Origin: a virus
Lineage: Duplodnaviria; Caudoviricetes
Length of the DNA stretch: 38,883 nt
Virus record (IMG/VR): IMGVR_UViG_3300044274_000306
Coordinates: 1 to 38,883 of that record
Direction: 5' to 3' (one strand)
Numbering within the stretch: position 1 is the first letter of the stretch; each line of letters opens with the position of its first letter. This document shows positions 1-8,558 of the stretch, in pieces. Position numbers and translations under genes: made by a program. The notes under the pieces were generated by a model, which was not told the DNA's origin, ran no database searches, and was given only the letters and a program-made list of their open reading frames with translations.

Positions 1-1320
1 TTAGAGGGCTCGTTCAATCTCTAAATTGGTCGGCATGGCGCTTGAACTCCTCAGCAAAGGCAATGTGGAGAGTGCTGTAAGCGTAAGCGATCTGAAGCGG
101 GACCACTCCTTTGCCGAGGCCGTGAAGTTGGTCGACCCTATCGGCCAGCCCATCAGCATCTCGACAAATCGCGGGTTCAAGATCCCTGGCCTGTTCGAGG
201 ATCGAGAGCCAGGCCGCATGTTCAGAAGGTCCAGGAGCAAAGAGTGGCAGGGACAGCCCTGCGCCGGCATCGGGTGCAATCCCTTGTTCCATGCCTGGTA
301 ATAGGCCGTCCTGGGGGCACCCGATGATCCCTCTCCGGAACAGGCTCGTGGTGTCGGCCAGTCTGCGATCGATGCTTTCAGATTTGCTCCACCGGAACCC
401 CGTTTCGCCTTTGCGGTCTGACCCTCCGCCCCACCGGTCAACGTGGTTGGCGTCGGCCAATTCCAGGCCGAGGCTTCGTCGGTCAGGTTCCGGCACCCCC
501 CGCCGCCGCGCCCTGCACGGACCCGATCTGGATTGCCGATCCCGATGTCGTGCGTCTGCGGCGTTGGCCAATAGTGCGCTACGTGGTTCGGCAGCTGCTG
601 ACCGATCACCTTGTTTCGTCCACGACGCTTCTGGCTTTCGCTGGAATTTGGCGGTCGCCAGTCCCGTGCTGCCGGCGTCGGCCAGTTCACCACTTGATCC
701 GGGAGCCTCCCTGGCCGCTTTGGATTGACCTGCCCATAACCGTTGTTCGTGCCTACAGTCGGGGTGGCCCAACTGCATCCACCAGCCATGCTGTCTGGCC
801 AGCACAATGAGTCGTTTTCTCTCGTGGCGCGCGCCTGTTTCAGCCGCGCTGAACAGTCCCGCCTTAACCCGATAGCCCATGTCCTGTAGGCAGGTCGCGA
901 CCTCCTGAAAGCCCAGGGACAAGTGCCCGGCGACATTTTCGAGTATGATTTCGACAGGCTGGACCTCTGCGATGATGCGGGCAATGTCCGGCCAGAGATA
1001 CCGTTCGTCGCGCTTCCCGCGTCGCAATCCTGCCTGGCTGAAAGGCTGACAGGGATAACCTGCAGTGATGCAATGAACGCGGTCGCGCCACGGGTGACCG
1101 TCGAAGGATCCAACGTCGTCCCAGACAGGTGCCTTATGATGGGTTCGCGTCTCTTCCATCCGCGCCACGAGGCGGGCTGCCGCCGTGATTTCCCGCTCGA
1201 CATAACATACAGGTCGAAACGCGGTGTCAGGGGCGATCCAGCCGTTGCTGGCAAGCCATCGGACGCCGAGTCCGACACCTTCTTCGAGCATTCCAAATCC
1301 GGCACATAGAGCCAAGGCAT
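1..1320 (-). CDS. Alternative-frame partner (beta-type) polypeptide of the C5 methyltransferase, with W(P/A)TP repeats
   Basis: 439-codon ORF in a different frame on the same strand; AGGAGG at 1333-1328, 7 nt before ATG 1320; C-terminal LNPRFVEMLMGWPIGST resembles motif IX. Confidence 0.75.
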   Translation of the reverse strand: MPWLYVPDLECSKKVSDSASDGLPATAGSPLTPRFDLYVMSSGKSRRQPASWRGWKRREPIIRHLSGTTLDPSTVTRGATAFIASLQVIPVSLSARQDCDAGSATNGISGRTLPASSQRSSLSKSYSKMSPGTCPWAFRRSRPAYRTWAIGLRRDCSARLKQARATRENDSLCWPDSMAGGCSWATPTVGTNNGYGQVNPKRPGRLPDQVVNWPTPAARDWRPPNSSESQKRRGRNKVIGQQLPNHVAHYWPTPQTHDIGIGNPDRVRAGRGGGGCRNLTDEASAWNWPTPTTLTGGAEGQTAKAKRGSGGANLKASIADWPTPRACSGEGSSGAPRTAYYQAWNKGLHPMPAQGCPCHSLLLDLLNMRPGSRSSNRPGILNPRFVEMLMGWPIGSTNFTASAKEWSRFRSLTLTALSTLPLLRSSSAMPTNLEIERAL

Positions 1321-1339
1321 TCCAATCCCTCCTGTTCAT
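14..1339 (-). CDS. DNA (cytosine-5) methyltransferase, catalytic (alpha-type) polypeptide
   Basis: Motif I LALCAGFG, motif IV AGYPCQPFS, motif VI LENV, motif VIII RHERKRL, motif X-like LHGLGKGVVP; ATGA overlap with the dam stop. Confidence 0.9.
   Translation of the reverse strand: MNRRDWNALALCAGFGMLEEGVGLGVRWLASNGWIAPDTAFRPVCYVEREITAAARLVARMEETRTHHKAPVWDDVGSFDGHPWRDRVHCITAGYPCQPFSQAGLRRGKRDERYLWPDIARIIAEVQPVEIILENVAGHLSLGFQEVATCLQDMGYRVKAGLFSAAETGARHERKRLIVLARQHGWWMQLGHPDCRHEQRLWAGQSKAAREAPGSSGELADAGSTGLATAKFQRKPEASWTKQGDRSAAAEPRSALLANAADARHRDRQSRSGPCRARRRGVPEPDRRSLGLELADANHVDRWGGGSDRKGETGFRWSKSESIDRRLADTTSLFRRGIIGCPQDGLLPGMEQGIAPDAGAGLSLPLFAPGPSEHAAWLSILEQARDLEPAICRDADGLADRVDQLHGLGKGVVPLQIAYAYSTLHIAFAEEFKRHADQFRD
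350..771 (-). repeat. Five degenerate 11-bp cores encoding W(P/A)TP, separated by variable in-frame segments
   Basis: Plus-strand GG(C/T/G)GT(C/T/G)G(G/C)CCA at 350, 449, 560, 674 and 761; spacings 99, 111, 114 and 87, all multiples of 3. Confidence 0.8.
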
Positions 1340-2148
1340 TTGCGGCCGCCCTGGATGATCAGTTCCTTGGCGGCTGTGTCTTTGGCAGATCCGTTGATTG
1401 AATAGGTCGTTGTCGCCTCCTCCATCTCGAAGGCCTGGAAGATGTCGCGGATCTGGGGCGTGTCGTTGATCGATAGGATGAACCGGCCTTTCAGGTCGCC
1501 GAGGATCTGCGCCAGGCGCTGAAAATCATCCTTAGTGAACATTCCCCGGCCATAGTCGGTCTCGGAGTCCCAATAGGGCGGGTCGAGATAGAACAGCGTC
1601 TCCGGCCGGTCATAGCGTTGAATGAATTCGTGATAGGGCAGGCATTCAATGACCACGCGCGATAAGCGGCCGTGAACGTCCTGGAGCATCGGGCCCAGCT
1701 TGGTCAGATCGAAGCGGGCGGCGGTCGCGGGTGAGACCCCAAAATTCCGGCTGGTGACCTTGCCGCCAAAGACGGTGCGCTGAACATACAGAAACCGCGC
1801 TGCGCGCTCCAGGTCGGTCAGCGTAGTTGGATCGATCTTGATCAGGCGTTCAAAATCGGCGCGGCTGGTCAGCTGAAATTCGATGACCTGGCGGAACTGA
1901 GGATAATGCCGCTGCAGGATCCTAAACAGGTTGGCCACGTCCTTATTCAGGTCGTTGATCACCTCTGCGGTCGGTTGGCGGGTTCGGCGGAAAAACACAC
2001 CCCCCATACCTACAAAGGCCTCGCAATAGGTCCTGTGGGGGATCGCATCAATCTTTTCGACCAGGCGCGCGGCCAGGTTCCTTTTGCCGCCGATATAGGG
2101 GGCGATGGGCTTCACGGGATCGATCACGCGGGTTTGGTTGGACTCCAT
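1336..2148 (-). CDS. dam: DNA adenine methyltransferase (Dam/D12 class)
   Basis: PYIGGK, EAFVGMGG, EVINDLN and FYLDPPY motifs; start placed at MESNQ after a GGAG. Confidence 0.92.
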   Translation of the reverse strand: MESNQTRVIDPVKPIAPYIGGKRNLAARLVEKIDAIPHRTYCEAFVGMGGVFFRRTRQPTAEVINDLNKDVANLFRILQRHYPQFRQVIEFQLTSRADFERLIKIDPTTLTDLERAARFLYVQRTVFGGKVTSRNFGVSPATAARFDLTKLGPMLQDVHGRLSRVVIECLPYHEFIQRYDRPETLFYLDPPYWDSETDYGRGMFTKDDFQRLAQILGDLKGRFILSINDTPQIRDIFQAFEMEEATTTYSINGSAKDTAAKELIIQGGRK

Positions 2149-2327
2149 GGTACAAATTGCTCCATTCTGACCCTGCCGCTCGAGCGGTGGCGGGGCGACC
2201 AACGGCCGGATGCGCAGACACGCATTCTGGCCGTTCTAAGTGAGGGGACCACTTCCCTCGGTTTGGGCGTTGGCGCGCCCGGACCCCCGCCTGTTTCGCG
2301 AGAGGCAATCACTTTGCTAACTGTCAT
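2124..2327 (-). CDS. Possible 67-aa leader ORF in the com position, overlapping the dam start
   Basis: ATG 2327 overlaps the upstream stop (ATGA); stop lies 25 nt inside dam; no Com CxxC motifs. Confidence 0.3.
   Translation of the reverse strand: MTVSKVIASRETGGGPGAPTPKPREVVPSLRTARMRVCASGRWSPRHRSSGRVRMEQFVPWSPTKPA
2171..2291 (-). promoter_or_regulatory. Multi-hairpin structured leader upstream of dam
   Basis: Stems 2189-2195/2285-2291, 2201-2207/2229-2235, 2242-2246/2255-2259 and 2265-2269/2276-2280; palindrome 2176-2187. Confidence 0.55.
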
Positions 2328-2545
2328 TTTCGGCGATCCCATATGATCGGATGAACGACCGCATGCTCAGGTAAGTCAGAGACCGGCCAGGCTATGACCT
2401 TGAGACGATAGGGGTAGGCGTTTCCTGGTCGCTCCTGTATCTCGCATATCTCAAACGCCTTCCGACCGCGCGCGGATTTCACAAAGTGACCAGCCCTCGG
2501 CAATGGCCCGGTCCACCGACATCTAATAAAGCGCGGTTTGGGCAT
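2324..2545 (-). CDS. Hypothetical basic protein (73 aa, MPKPRFIRC...)
   Basis: TGATG overlap with the tail-tip gene stop; GGAGG upstream. Confidence 0.7.
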   Translation of the reverse strand: MPKPRFIRCRWTGPLPRAGHFVKSARGRKAFEICEIQERPGNAYPYRLKVIAWPVSDLPEHAVVHPIIWDRRK

Positions 2546-5112
2546 CAATCCACCTCCGGCGGCGGATCGGTGTAGACGTCGGGATGATCGACGATCAGGC
2601 GGAGCTCGACGCGCCAATTGGCGCGCGGCGCAACCCGCAGCAGTTTGGCCTTGACCGCCCAGGCATCGGCATTCGGTCCAAAGGCAAAGGGTGTGCGCTC
2701 CTTACGGCCACCGGTATAGGGCTGGCCGTCTGATTGGGTCGGGATATCGACATCTTCCAGGATCCGGATTTTCTGAGTGGTCAGCGATCCCGACGGGTCG
2801 GCGGGCTCACAGCTATAGGGCCCGACGAAGCCACCCATGCCGTTGCCAAGCGCGATATAGCCCGTCTCTGGCCCATCACTGAAAACCACCTGTTCAGACA
2901 GGGTGGCCAGCCCGCCGATCTCCTCCTGCACCCAGTCGGTGATATCACCACTTTCGCCCCAGCGCGGCAATTCATGGGAGACGGCCGCCATGTCACCATA
3001 GCCTGGCAGCAACCCTTCTGCTTCGGTTGAGAACGACACTTCGCGTCGACGCTTGGCATTGCATTGCGCGGTGTACCAGGCCCAATCGCGCGCCATGGTC
3101 CGACCGGTACAGCCAAAGAGCTTCAGGCGGGCGGGCTCTTCCGCCAGACCAACCCAGAGGGCGCGATTGGCGGCCGTATCGGTCTTTTCCTCAGCGGTCA
3201 GCCAGGCCTGATAGGGCGCGTCCAGACAGCGTACCGCAACTTCAGACGGCTTCCAGGTCTTCGGGTTGATATATTCCACGATCACCGCGTCGGCCGTCTC
3301 TCGTGTCGGCATCAGGTAATTGATCGTGAAGGAACCCTTTTGCATATTGCGCATGGAGAAAAGGGCCGTTGGCAATGTTACCGGACCATCGCGCACAACC
3401 CGCAGCCGCGTGCCATGCGGGACGGGCACGGCACGCCCTGGCAGCACGATCTGACGCAGCGCTTCGGGCACTGTCCGGACACTGTCAAAGACCGCATCGA
3501 AATATTCGCCCCGGCTGTCCCATACGGCATCCAGATCGGCCAGGCCGTCCAGATACAGGCGTTGATCTGACAGGCGGCCGCCATAGCGTGCACGGGCGGC
3601 ATCCGCGAAAGCCCATGCGATGGAGCGTGTGGCAACAGGCGCGCTCCAGGTTCGGGTCACCTTGTCCCAAACGGGCAGTTTCCGGGTGGCGATCAGATTG
3701 ACCTCCCGCGACGCCCGGCTGGACAAATTGTTGGTTGCCCGCGCCCGCAAGGCATACAGGGTGACATCGCCATAGTCAGGCGCTTCAATCAGGCGGGCCC
3801 GCAGGCCATGCCATTCCAGAACATCGCCCGCACGGGTCGACAGGTCCGTATTGTTGGTGCGCTGTAGCTGCACTTCATAGCGCCCATTGGGCAGGCTGGA
3901 ATCGGCCAGCGAATACGCATAGCTCAGGCGCTGTGGCGTATTGGTATTCAGGGTGACGCTTTCCGTTGCCAGATCGGTCCAGGTCCCCGCGCCAACGGCC
4001 AGGCCATCATCATCAATTTCCCGCGCCTGAACCTTCCAGCTCACCGTGCGGTTATCCAGCCCACCGGAATCATTGGCATAATAGAGACCGCGCGGCAGCA
4101 CCACATCGGTGTGAATGGAACTGCACACGGTCTCCGGATTGGACGCGGGGAATGGGCCAACAATTCCATCTTCCGCTTCTTCCAGCTCATTGGGCCCCTC
4201 CAGCGTCTGGCCGCCAACCTCCAGCGCTGTTGTCATGGCGGGGTCGAACAGGGTCAGGCTCTCACCAGGCGCAATGATCTCTTCCTCAATCTCCGCGAAA
4301 TTATCGATATCGGTATTGCCGATGCGGCGGCTCTCGATCTCAACCTCGCCCTGTGAGACCACAAACAGCATATGCAGATATTGTTGGTTATCGACAAATT
4401 CCGCCCAGACCTGGCTGGCAAAATCCGGCACGATCTTGTGACGGCCATACAGCACGGGGATCGGCTGGCCCAGTCGCGCCTGGTTGCCCTGGCCTTGCAG
4501 CGAATAGGTTGGCGAAGGGGCGGGCGGCGCGCCCGCACCTGAAGAGAAGTCTCCATTATACGCGGCGGGCGATGGGGGCGGGACCAGCGCATTGACGATG
4601 ATGGATCCGCCCAAGGAAATCAGAGCCCCGGCAATCGCCTTGCCCACGGCCAACTGGCCAACGGTCAGGCCAGACGCGATGTGACCGGCACCGAAAATAC
4701 CTTCCGCCAGAACGCCGCCCAGCATCGGGGCGAAATACATTGCCGCCACCATCACCGCGATCATAAGGACAGTGCGCAGCGGGTTGGATCCGCCACCGCC
4801 ACCGCCACCGCCTTGCAGCACGGGCAGGAAGGCCACGACATCATCGGGTCTAGGCACGGTTAAATGCCACGCGCCGCGCAGCAACGGGCGGCCGTTCAGC
4901 GTGCAAACAGTCGGCAGGCTGAAATCAATACCGCGCTGCTCCAGGATTTCAGCGACGGTTCGACCGGGCGCTGATCGATAGGATTCCAGGCTGGTGAACG
5001 GTTCGAACGGGTTGTGCTGGAAAACAATCCGTGGCCCAGCTTTAGGGGGACCTGCCCGATGCGCGCCAGCCCTGGGCATTCCCGCCATCAGGTTTTGCGG
5101 ATCAGGCTGCAT
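2545..5112 (-). CDS. Tail tip / host specificity protein (lambda gpJ-like, with gpI-like N-terminus)
   Basis: NQARLGQPIPVLYG, GRYEVQLQR, TRSIAWAFADA and LFSMRN motifs; last gene of the tail-tip cluster. Confidence 0.88.
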   Translation of the reverse strand: MQPDPQNLMAGMPRAGAHRAGPPKAGPRIVFQHNPFEPFTSLESYRSAPGRTVAEILEQRGIDFSLPTVCTLNGRPLLRGAWHLTVPRPDDVVAFLPVLQGGGGGGGGSNPLRTVLMIAVMVAAMYFAPMLGGVLAEGIFGAGHIASGLTVGQLAVGKAIAGALISLGGSIIVNALVPPPSPAAYNGDFSSGAGAPPAPSPTYSLQGQGNQARLGQPIPVLYGRHKIVPDFASQVWAEFVDNQQYLHMLFVVSQGEVEIESRRIGNTDIDNFAEIEEEIIAPGESLTLFDPAMTTALEVGGQTLEGPNELEEAEDGIVGPFPASNPETVCSSIHTDVVLPRGLYYANDSGGLDNRTVSWKVQAREIDDDGLAVGAGTWTDLATESVTLNTNTPQRLSYAYSLADSSLPNGRYEVQLQRTNNTDLSTRAGDVLEWHGLRARLIEAPDYGDVTLYALRARATNNLSSRASREVNLIATRKLPVWDKVTRTWSAPVATRSIAWAFADAARARYGGRLSDQRLYLDGLADLDAVWDSRGEYFDAVFDSVRTVPEALRQIVLPGRAVPVPHGTRLRVVRDGPVTLPTALFSMRNMQKGSFTINYLMPTRETADAVIVEYINPKTWKPSEVAVRCLDAPYQAWLTAEEKTDTAANRALWVGLAEEPARLKLFGCTGRTMARDWAWYTAQCNAKRRREVSFSTEAEGLLPGYGDMAAVSHELPRWGESGDITDWVQEEIGGLATLSEQVVFSDGPETGYIALGNGMGGFVGPYSCEPADPSGSLTTQKIRILEDVDIPTQSDGQPYTGGRKERTPFAFGPNADAWAVKAKLLRVAPRANWRVELRLIVDHPDVYTDPPPEVD

Positions 5113-5626
5113 CGGGCGCTCCTTCAGGGGGCGTGTAATACCCTAAAATCTTGAAGCCTTGGACGGCCAGCATGGCGGCAGAATGGAAGCCCACGCCATG
5201 CCCGCGCGGACAATGCAGGACGCCGCCGCCATCGATTGCTAACCAGACACCAATATGATCAGCCCCCTTGCCGGGGCCCATAATAACGCCATCGCCATCT
5301 GTGGGCTGGCTGGTCTCCACCCATCCGGACACGCCGATCAGGGTTCTAAAGGCACGCTGGACCTGCAATTCGCTGGTGGCATCCGCATCGCTCATATACG
5401 GCACCGACCGATGATAAATATGGGTCTGTACCCAGCGGAACATCTCCCGGCAATCAAAGCCCCAGGTGGCGATATCGGGCTGTGTCGGGTCTGCACCCGC
5501 TGGCGCGCCGGTGCCGCCGCTGACCCAGGGAATGCCAATCAGATCTTCTGCCCAATGGCGCGGCGGGGTCTTTTGGCGCGTTGGGGCCCTATGGCGCGGC
5601 GGCGATTGTGTCGGGGATTGTATCAT
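5102..5626 (-). CDS. NlpC/P60-family tail tip protein (gpK-like)
   Basis: LIGIPW...GFDC and HIGVW...VLH catalytic pattern. Confidence 0.85.
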   Translation of the reverse strand: MIQSPTQSPPRHRAPTRQKTPPRHWAEDLIGIPWVSGGTGAPAGADPTQPDIATWGFDCREMFRWVQTHIYHRSVPYMSDADATSELQVQRAFRTLIGVSGWVETSQPTDGDGVIMGPGKGADHIGVWLAIDGGGVLHCPRGHGVGFHSAAMLAVQGFKILGYYTPPEGAPDAA

Positions 5627-6249
5627 CGTGCCAATCCCGGATATTTCTTGGCCGTATAGCTTTCAGACGGGAAGGCTCGCTGGCCAATATCAAAAATCCG
5701 CGCACGGCCTTTGGCGGTGAAGACATCGACTTCCACCGGGCCCAGCTCGACCATCAGGGGCGGGTCCATGCGCGGCTGAGAGATGTCTGAGGAGATATAG
5801 GGCCGGTATCGCACCTCGACTGGCAGCTGGCTCAAATTGGCCGCATCCAGATGTTCGACAATTTCACGTCCAACATTGTCCAGCGTGACGTCAATCTCCT
5901 GCAACTGTTCGGCGTCTTCGGTGGGAAGCTCCAGTTGAAACGCCAGGGACAGGAAGGCAACATATTCGCCGGCATTGCGCGGCGCGTCCTCTTCCAGCCT
6001 GGCGACCAGACCGATCTGACCGACCACATCCCCATCCAGCGCATCTAGTACGGCCTGGACGGCCACCGGCTGCTGTTTCAGCCAGGTCTCAAGATGCGGC
6101 TCGTGCAACACAACGCGGATCGCCGTTGGATTGCCACTATCATCGACAAAGGCTGGATGGATCAGCTCCAGCGTCTCCAGGACAACAACATCGCTGGGCG
6201 CGCTGGCCAGCGCTTCCTTGATTGCCGCATCCCACAAATCATCGCTCAT
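5623..6249 (-). CDS. Tail tip protein, DUF1833-like
   Basis: EALASAP..VVLETLELIHP, LDNV, YRPY and FPSESYT..YPGL; precedes NlpC. Confidence 0.8.
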   Translation of the reverse strand: MSDDLWDAAIKEALASAPSDVVVLETLELIHPAFVDDSGNPTAIRVVLHEPHLETWLKQQPVAVQAVLDALDGDVVGQIGLVARLEEDAPRNAGEYVAFLSLAFQLELPTEDAEQLQEIDVTLDNVGREIVEHLDAANLSQLPVEVRYRPYISSDISQPRMDPPLMVELGPVEVDVFTAKGRARIFDIGQRAFPSESYTAKKYPGLAR

Positions 6250-6638
6250 GGGGCAGTCCAGTAACTGTCATCAGTGAAATCGACGGGTATTCCTGTCGTG
6301 GCGGCCAGGGCCTGCAGCGCAAAACTGGCAGCCCAGATCGGCTGGCGAAACTGCCCGGCGGCAATCAGAATGGATTGCCACTCCACCGCCGTAACCGTCG
6401 CAGGACCGGTATCTGTCACAATGTCAATTGTGGTGGAGCCAAACCCCCCATTGATCAGTGCTTGGGCTATTTTCGTGACCTCATCCCAACCAGCCATATC
6501 CGCATCGGTCGTACCGATCCGATGCACGCCGCGCGCATCGCCGAAGTCATAATCAAACCCCAAAGCCAACCGTCGCTGCCGTTCCTGCAAAACTCGCTTT
6601 TCCAGTGACAACACCCCACCCATCTGCTTGAAACCCAT
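6246..6638 (-). CDS. DUF4376-like tail-fibre-associated protein
   Basis: ERQRRLALGF N-terminus and IPVDFTDDSYW C-terminus; AGGAG RBS; follows the fibre gene. Confidence 0.7.
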   Translation of the reverse strand: MGFKQMGGVLSLEKRVLQERQRRLALGFDYDFGDARGVHRIGTTDADMAGWDEVTKIAQALINGGFGSTTIDIVTDTGPATVTAVEWQSILIAAGQFRQPIWAASFALQALAATTGIPVDFTDDSYWTAP

Positions 6639-6648
6639 CGTCTCTCTC

Positions 6649-8037
6649 CTATGCCACGGTTAAGGTCTGATCGGCCTGCACGGTCCAGCCATGGACAAAC
6701 AGTATGCCGTCATCGGTCGTAACGACTTTGACTACGATATCGGTGCCACTCGGCTGACCGCTGACATCAACCGTCCCCCGAATGATCCGCCGACCGCCCG
6801 CCGCAATCGTCGTGGTGTCTTCCAGGGTGATCGTGGAAAATGTAGATCCGCCATCGCGGCTGGCCGACAGCACAACAGCAGGCGTGCCGGTCAGAACGCA
6901 TTCGTCTATCGCCTCTATATCGACCTGGACGCGCAATTCTGTCGGGGCCGCTGCCGCCGTGATAACACCAGCATCCGATTGCAGGGTCATAGCCGCCGGA
7001 TCCGCATCCATGATCTGCACCTCATACATCACAGGATTGGCCAGATTGAAGGTACCGGTCAGGCTGCCGTCGGTGCTGATCATGCGGACATAGCGCGCAG
7101 AACCGACCAGATCGATATCCTGATATGCACTTGATCCCGGATTGGTAAATGTGCCACTGCCCAGGGTGATTTCTTCCCCGGCAAAGGCCGTCGATACAGA
7201 CCCTTTGATCACCACATTTGCAAAATTGTCCTGGCTGGGGACCAGATAATTTCGCAATTGCGACAGGTTCTGGACACTGCCCAGGTCAAACTGCACGTAT
7301 GATCCTGCCACAAAACTGGCATCATTCGCGCTGCCCTGCCAGCTGGTGCCGGTATTGTTATCAACCAGGTTGGCAGGCGTGCCCGCATTATTGCCCATCG
7401 ACGCCGTAACCGTTGCGCCAACAGCGACATTGGACCCAACGGCCAGATTGCCGAAATAACCAGCCGCGCTGTAGACCGCGTTGCTGGACGCGCCGCTATT
7501 GATCCCGGTCTGATTATTGAACGGGTCCGCCACCGCCCGCCCATAGGCCGATGGACCAAGCGTGTTTTGCACCGCGTCCAACTCCATCAACGCCTGCAAC
7601 GCCCAATCCTGCGCAACAGGGTCCGACGTTGCCAGCCCGGTCAGGCCCGACCCATCGCCATCGGCCCGCAACAGATCGCCTGTGCCGCCTGTCGCCACAT
7701 CCAGCATCGCCGCCGAGCCCAAACCAAGGTTCCCGCGCGCCGCTGGCACGTCCTGCACGTCAGACAGGTTATTTTCAGCCAGCATGTCGCCAACACCCGC
7801 CGCCACCGCCTTTGACGCAAAATCCCCATTCGCAACATTATCCAGGGTCTTGGTCGCCTGGTTGGATGTATCGCCGATTTCGGCAATTGCCCTGGCAACC
7901 GATTTGACCGTCCCGGCATCGGTTTCCACGGTTGACCCGTCACCACTGGCCGGACCATTGACAATGTCGGACAATGCCTCTGCGGCGGATTGCAGTTTTG
8001 TCCGCGCGGCTTCCAGATCTTCTTGAATAGTTGGCAT
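6649..8037 (-). CDS. Putative tail fibre/receptor-binding protein with a discoidin (F5/8 type C)-like domain
   Basis: NNLSDV..AARGNLGLG fibre motif; NLVDNNTGTSW..YVQFDLGS..ARYVRM..EVQI carbohydrate-binding pattern. Confidence 0.75.
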   Translation of the reverse strand: MPTIQEDLEAARTKLQSAAEALSDIVNGPASGDGSTVETDAGTVKSVARAIAEIGDTSNQATKTLDNVANGDFASKAVAAGVGDMLAENNLSDVQDVPAARGNLGLGSAAMLDVATGGTGDLLRADGDGSGLTGLATSDPVAQDWALQALMELDAVQNTLGPSAYGRAVADPFNNQTGINSGASSNAVYSAAGYFGNLAVGSNVAVGATVTASMGNNAGTPANLVDNNTGTSWQGSANDASFVAGSYVQFDLGSVQNLSQLRNYLVPSQDNFANVVIKGSVSTAFAGEEITLGSGTFTNPGSSAYQDIDLVGSARYVRMISTDGSLTGTFNLANPVMYEVQIMDADPAAMTLQSDAGVITAAAAPTELRVQVDIEAIDECVLTGTPAVVLSASRDGGSTFSTITLEDTTTIAAGGRRIIRGTVDVSGQPSGTDIVVKVVTTDDGILFVHGWTVQADQTLTVA

Positions 8038-8060
8038 TTGGATTTCCTTCCTGTTTGGAC

Positions 8061-8552
8061 CTACCAGGGGCTATTGACCGCAAGGCCCTGTTGTACGGCG
8101 AGGCTTGCGGCATCTATCGCAGACAACAGGCCCTCCAGATCCTCACTCAGCGCGACGTCGATCGCCTCTTCGCTCAGCACCGGCCGGTCGCGGACTTCCA
8201 GGGTCGCATCGACGGTCCAGAACAGCTTTCCGGGCAGCGGCCGCTCCTGTTCCAGGCGCTTGAAGCGTGCCTGCATTGTGACCATGCCCATGCCGGTCAG
8301 CAGCGGGATTGCGAAATAGGCGGCCCCCTCATCGGCCTTGTGTTTGTACCAGCCCTCGAACAACGAGAGTTCGTATCGGCTGAACAGAAACTGCACCTTG
8401 ATCTCATCGGTGGCCGACAGGGTGGTGCGCCGTTGTCGGGCCGATCCCCGCTCCATATCGGTGCGCGCCACGGCCTCCCCCGGCTGAATGCTGTAACCGG
8501 ATTGACGGGGCGCTGGCAGCAGGCTGGGGTAGTTTTCATCAATCGCCATCAC
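8061..8552 (-). CDS. Distal tail protein (gpM/Dit-like)
   Basis: Directly after the tape measure; RTDMERGSARQRR and FEGWY. Confidence 0.75.
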   Translation of the reverse strand: MMAIDENYPSLLPAPRQSGYSIQPGEAVARTDMERGSARQRRTTLSATDEIKVQFLFSRYELSLFEGWYKHKADEGAAYFAIPLLTGMGMVTMQARFKRLEQERPLPGKLFWTVDATLEVRDRPVLSEEAIDVALSEDLEGLLSAIDAASLAVQQGLAVNSPW

Positions 8553-8558
8553 CGCCCC

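Noticed and set aside
350-771. Repeat-spacer pattern as a CRISPR array
   Set aside because: Cores are only 11 bp and degenerate, spacers are 76-103 bp and in frame, and no cas genes are present; it is a coding repeat
4790-4812. CCGCCA repeat
   Set aside because: Encodes an ordinary poly-Gly linker in the tail tip protein
2545-8037. Diversity-generating retroelement or invertible G segment
   Set aside because: No reverse transcriptase, invertase or TR/VR duplicate seen
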